DNA of 64,000 nucleotides, from NCBI GenBank assembly GCA_963820835.1, contig CAWGBP010000005.1, forward strand, positions 6,257-70,256. Reading direction: 5' to 3'. Origin of the DNA: Pirellulales bacterium. GTDB taxonomy: Bacteria > Planctomycetota > Planctomycetia > Pirellulales > JADZDJ01. Positions 61,801 to 64,000 of this stretch are shown here, piece by piece; the stretch's first letter is position 1, and each line of letters starts with the position of its first letter. The notes under the pieces were generated by a model. That model ran no database searches and had not been told where the DNA came from. It was given only the letters and a program-made list of their open reading frames with translations. A program made the translations under genes and the position numbers.

Positions 61801-64000
61801 GTGCGCATTTTGGCGATTCCGCCTCCTCCTCTCCACTCGCGGGAGTAGATGGCTACGGCAGCCCGATTGCACTGGCGGGCGTTGAAGTTGTTAATTTGGA
61901 CGTCAACGGTCAGACCCTGACGATCAACGGCACGGATCAGCCCGATGCAATCATCTACACGCCCACTGGCGCCCAGGCTGGCACCGTAAACGATGCAGGT
62001 TTTGGCCCCGTTTGCAATTTCACTAACGTTTCGTCGGCCGCAGGCGCGTTCACCATCGATCCGGGAACGGGGGGCAGCAACACCGTCACCGTGAATGGTA
62101 CCGCAGGCAACGACAACATCGTCGTCACCAAATCCGGCGCCAACACAGTTGTCACCGTCAACAGCATGTTGGCGGCCAACGTAGTCACTGCCGACACGGC
62201 ATCTTTGGTCATCGACGGCTTGGCCGGAGACGACAGCCTCGCCGTCGATAGCTCCAACGGCGCGGTGGCCATTCCCATCGTCTACGACGGCGGCACAGGC
62301 ACCAACTCGCTGCTGTTGAGCGGCGGCACTGCGACCGCCGACACCTACACGCCAGGCTCGCAGCTTGGTTCCGGTACCAATGCTCTGACGTTCGCCTCCG
62401 GTTCGGAACTTATTAACTTCCTGAATCTCGCCCCGATCATCGACACCGTTATCTCTCCGCTCACGGTAAACGGCACCGATGGCGACAACGCCATTAACTA
62501 CACAAGCGGCGTCGGATTAAGCCCGCTCGTTTACGGTCTAGTCAACGTCGATAATTACGAGCCGATCACTTTTTCCAACAAGACCACGCTTACTATCAAC
62601 TCCGGGGCCGGCGACGACGTCATCAACCTCAACAATCCCGGCACTCCCACGGGATTGACAGGCATCAGCGTCAACGGCGGCGACCCCACTGCCAGCGACA
62701 CACTGATCGTCAACGGCACCACGGGCAACGACACAATCAATTACTCCCCATCGGCTACGATTGGCAGTGGCACGGTCCAAGTGAATGCCCTACCGCTGGT
62801 TACTTTCAATACGATTGAGAGGCTCACTATCGACGGACAAAGGGGCGCAGATGCTCTGACGATCACCACGCCAGCCGGAGAAAATCAGATTTCATATACG
62901 CCCGGCTCGGCTACCGATTCCGGCGTCATTGCCATCCAATCCGTCACGGGCAACACAGCCGAAGTGCCGCTCACGTTCCAACACATCGGCTTTGACGGAA
63001 TAACCTTCGCCAACACGAGCGGCAACCGGACAGACATTCTCGATCTATACGGCACCAACAATGACGATTCCTTCAGCGTCGATGGGCTAGGCTTCGTCTC
63101 AATCCTGAGCCCTCACACGAATTCCTTTATCACAAATCTCCTAAGACCGACCGGGATTGCACAGCTGGTTCTGCTAGGCCTGCAGGGAGACGATACCTTC
63201 TTCATCGCCAGTAATTTTGCCTTCCCAGGTTTCCCGGGTCTTGGCATGCCAGGCCTAATCGTTCAAGGGGGTGATCCTTCGGCCAGCGACGTATTGGACT
63301 TTTTCGCCGACGGAGGACCAACAACCAACTTGGTTACCGCCGACCTGGGGGCAGCAACAATTGCCGAAGCCACGTTTGGCACGGTCCACTACACCGGTAT
63401 TGAAGTCGTCAACCTCGAAGCCAATGGGCACAGTGTTGCGGTTATGGGCACGACCGGCAACGATTCCCTCGCCGTTACTCCCACGGCTAGCGATTCCGCC
63501 ACGCTACAAGATTACACCGGCGGAACAGCGCAGAACGGCCAAGGCGGCACGCTGGCCACCATGACGCCGTTTGGACCCGTGTTTAACTTCAGCGGTGTTT
63601 CCACTGCCTCGGGCGGTTTTGCCGTCGACGGCAACGGCGGCAGCGATCAACTATTCGTCGAAGGCATGCAGAACGCCGACACAATCGATGTGAACGACGG
63701 CGCCTCCGGCGCCAACGCCGTGAAGGTGAATTCGCTGCTCGTGGTGAATTACAACTCCACCATGGCTCACGTCGAAGTCGATTCGCTGGCCGGCAGCGAC
63801 ACCATCAACATCGCTCCTTCGACAACCACCACGTTCCTGGTCGATGGCGGCGATCCCATCGGCGTGTTGCCCGGCGATACCATCAATCTGCTGCATCCGG
63901 TTGGGTTCTATCAAATCTTCCCCGGCCCAACGAAAGATTCTGGCGGACTGAACACGGCCGGTGGCTACCAAACAATCAGTTGGATTCACATCGAAACTGT
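58881..64000 (+). CDS. Second giant modular adhesin-like protein, paralogous; 3'-partial (continues beyond window)
   Basis: Starts MRRNWFRNRVGRKNSK...LERLEDRRLLVVW. At least four tandem ~400-aa modules at ~55-65% aa identity to each other. The frame has no stop up to the window end. Confidence 0.7.
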   Translation, partial: MRRNWFRNRVGRKNSKALSRGQVGKSRIDSRAAFFGALERLEDRRLLVVWNITGDLLANRNDTLLLQQDGSGNDVAILNGVTVLTAPSSTVTQINFNALTGNDTLTVDSSNGLVAPTDGIHYDGGAGFDSLTLQQSGGPTILSDQLAIGASSGSGLSTITDTSHNVQNIYYQNLEPVNDFVPSPNFSISGGPGATILDADNAINYVAFLGDGFVSIDNAEPIAFSSKDHLLIDAGAGNDTINIAGGTAPAGDTLASLADITVTGGDPSGIASDTLIVEGQTSSDSINYSPSSTIGSGTVQVNSDPAILFNTVESVVIDGQGSGDMLHVVTPAGGNSITYTPGATVDSGTIDITGSASNNTTLVPLTFQHLGTNAVVTFNTNSDSPEDTLTVYGTNSSDFFEMIGTTGELISSFSVGIATPGIDNLNLKGLAGNDIFLVYGPQPFEFLGIDGGDPSGTGSDIVSLQGATGNVTADFGDTIGSTPGAEVDGYGSTISMIGVETANLDVNGHALTILGFLNQPDSISYTPTGAGSGTVSDAGFAPVYNFANVSTVPGFFVIDPQAGSDTVTVNGTAGNDNIVVTKSGLYTMVTVNGMLGATILSADAASLDVNGLTGDDSLTVDSSNGAVAIPITYDGGVGHDSLTLTGGTAISDTYSPGPIAGSGNISLDFSGNLTEVVNFLNLEPVTDDVTAIAAIVNGTDANNAINYTEGNSDTGEGLVTVDDQEGYYFSNKTHLYINAGAGDDVINLNNPSTPPGLIDITVTGGDPTASDTLIVNGTSGMDTFDYNPATIGTGAISNSGLQPPLYFDGIEAVTIDGQGGGDSLHVVTPSGGNYISYTPGAAPDSGTIAVTNSLSINTALVPLTFQHIGTSGSVTFNTNNDGPDDVLTVYGTNNSDIFNVTGSSGQVQITDTSATAVTDVLHTDSIIYLKLDSLDGDDIFRITGPLSYDFVSIDGGDPSASDIVNLSGANGPVSAHFGDSASSSPLAGVDGYGSPIALAGVEVVNLDVNGQTLTINGTDQPDAIIYTPTGAQAGTVNDAGFGPVCNFTNVSSAAGAFTIDPGTGGSNTVTVNGTAGNDNIVVTKSGANTVVTVNSMLAANVVTADTASLVIDGLAGDDSLAVDSSNGAVAIPIVYDGGTGTNSLLLSGGTATADTYTPGSQLGSGTNALTFASGSELINFLNLAPIIDTVISPLTVNGTDGDNAINYTSGVGLSPLVYGLVNVDNYEPITFSNKTTLTINSGAGDDVINLNNPGTPTGLTGISVNGGDPTASDTLIVNGTTGNDTINYSPSATIGSGTVQVNALPLVTFNTIERLTIDGQRGADALTITTPAGENQISYTPGSATDSGVIAIQSVTGNTAEVPLTFQHIGFDGITFANTSGNRTDILDLYGTNNDDSFSVDGLGFVSILSPHTNSFITNLLRPTGIAQLVLLGLQGDDTFFIASNFAFPGFPGLGMPGLIVQGGDPSASDVLDFFADGGPTTNLVTADLGAATIAEATFGTVHYTGIEVVNLEANGHSVAVMGTTGNDSLAVTPTASDSATLQDYTGGTAQNGQGGTLATMTPFGPVFNFSGVSTASGGFAVDGNGGSDQLFVEGMQNADTIDVNDGASGANAVKVNSLLVVNYNSTMAHVEVDSLAGSDTINIAPSTTTTFLVDGGDPIGVLPGDTINLLHPVGFYQIFPGPTKDSGGLNTAGGYQTISWIHIET

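Overview
High-GC bacterial chromosome segment with Planctomycetes-type hallmarks: Ser/Thr kinase next to an ECF sigma factor, giant secreted repeat proteins with LEERQMLS / LEDRRLL N-terminal motifs, and PspA. The left ~22.5 kb is compositionally mosaic and mostly lower in GC. It ends on the right at a tRNA-His(GUG)-like 3' fragment (22464-22510), which looks like an att remnant. This left part reads as a defence/mobile island. It carries a SIR2-like NADase-fold protein with a PD-(D/E)xK-like partner, a complete Type I R-M locus (hsdM-hsdS-hsdR, with hsdM frameshifted), an RNase-H-fold exonuclease-DUF429 protein abutting an adenylate-kinase-like P-loop kinase, and a convergent operon of a short adenylosuccinate-synthetase-like enzyme plus an AAA+ ATPase. 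A small HTH-containing operon reads inward from the att-like site. The right ~41 kb looks core-like: ECF sigma and membrane STK, PspA module, SGNH hydrolase, beta-helix lyase, flotillin, VapBC, one IS4-family IS with 9-bp TSD, an ACAD-like gene, glgP, mscL, a lactonase, a YYAP-repeat protein, VOC, PPK2, xdhABC, an esterase, an OMP beta-barrel and two paralogous giant modular adhesin-like genes (the second runs off the window). At least ten conserved genes are interrupted by single-base frameshifts; those localised at homopolymer runs are itemised below. I read this as an indel-prone assembly rather than true pseudogenes. No CRISPR array and no rRNA were seen.
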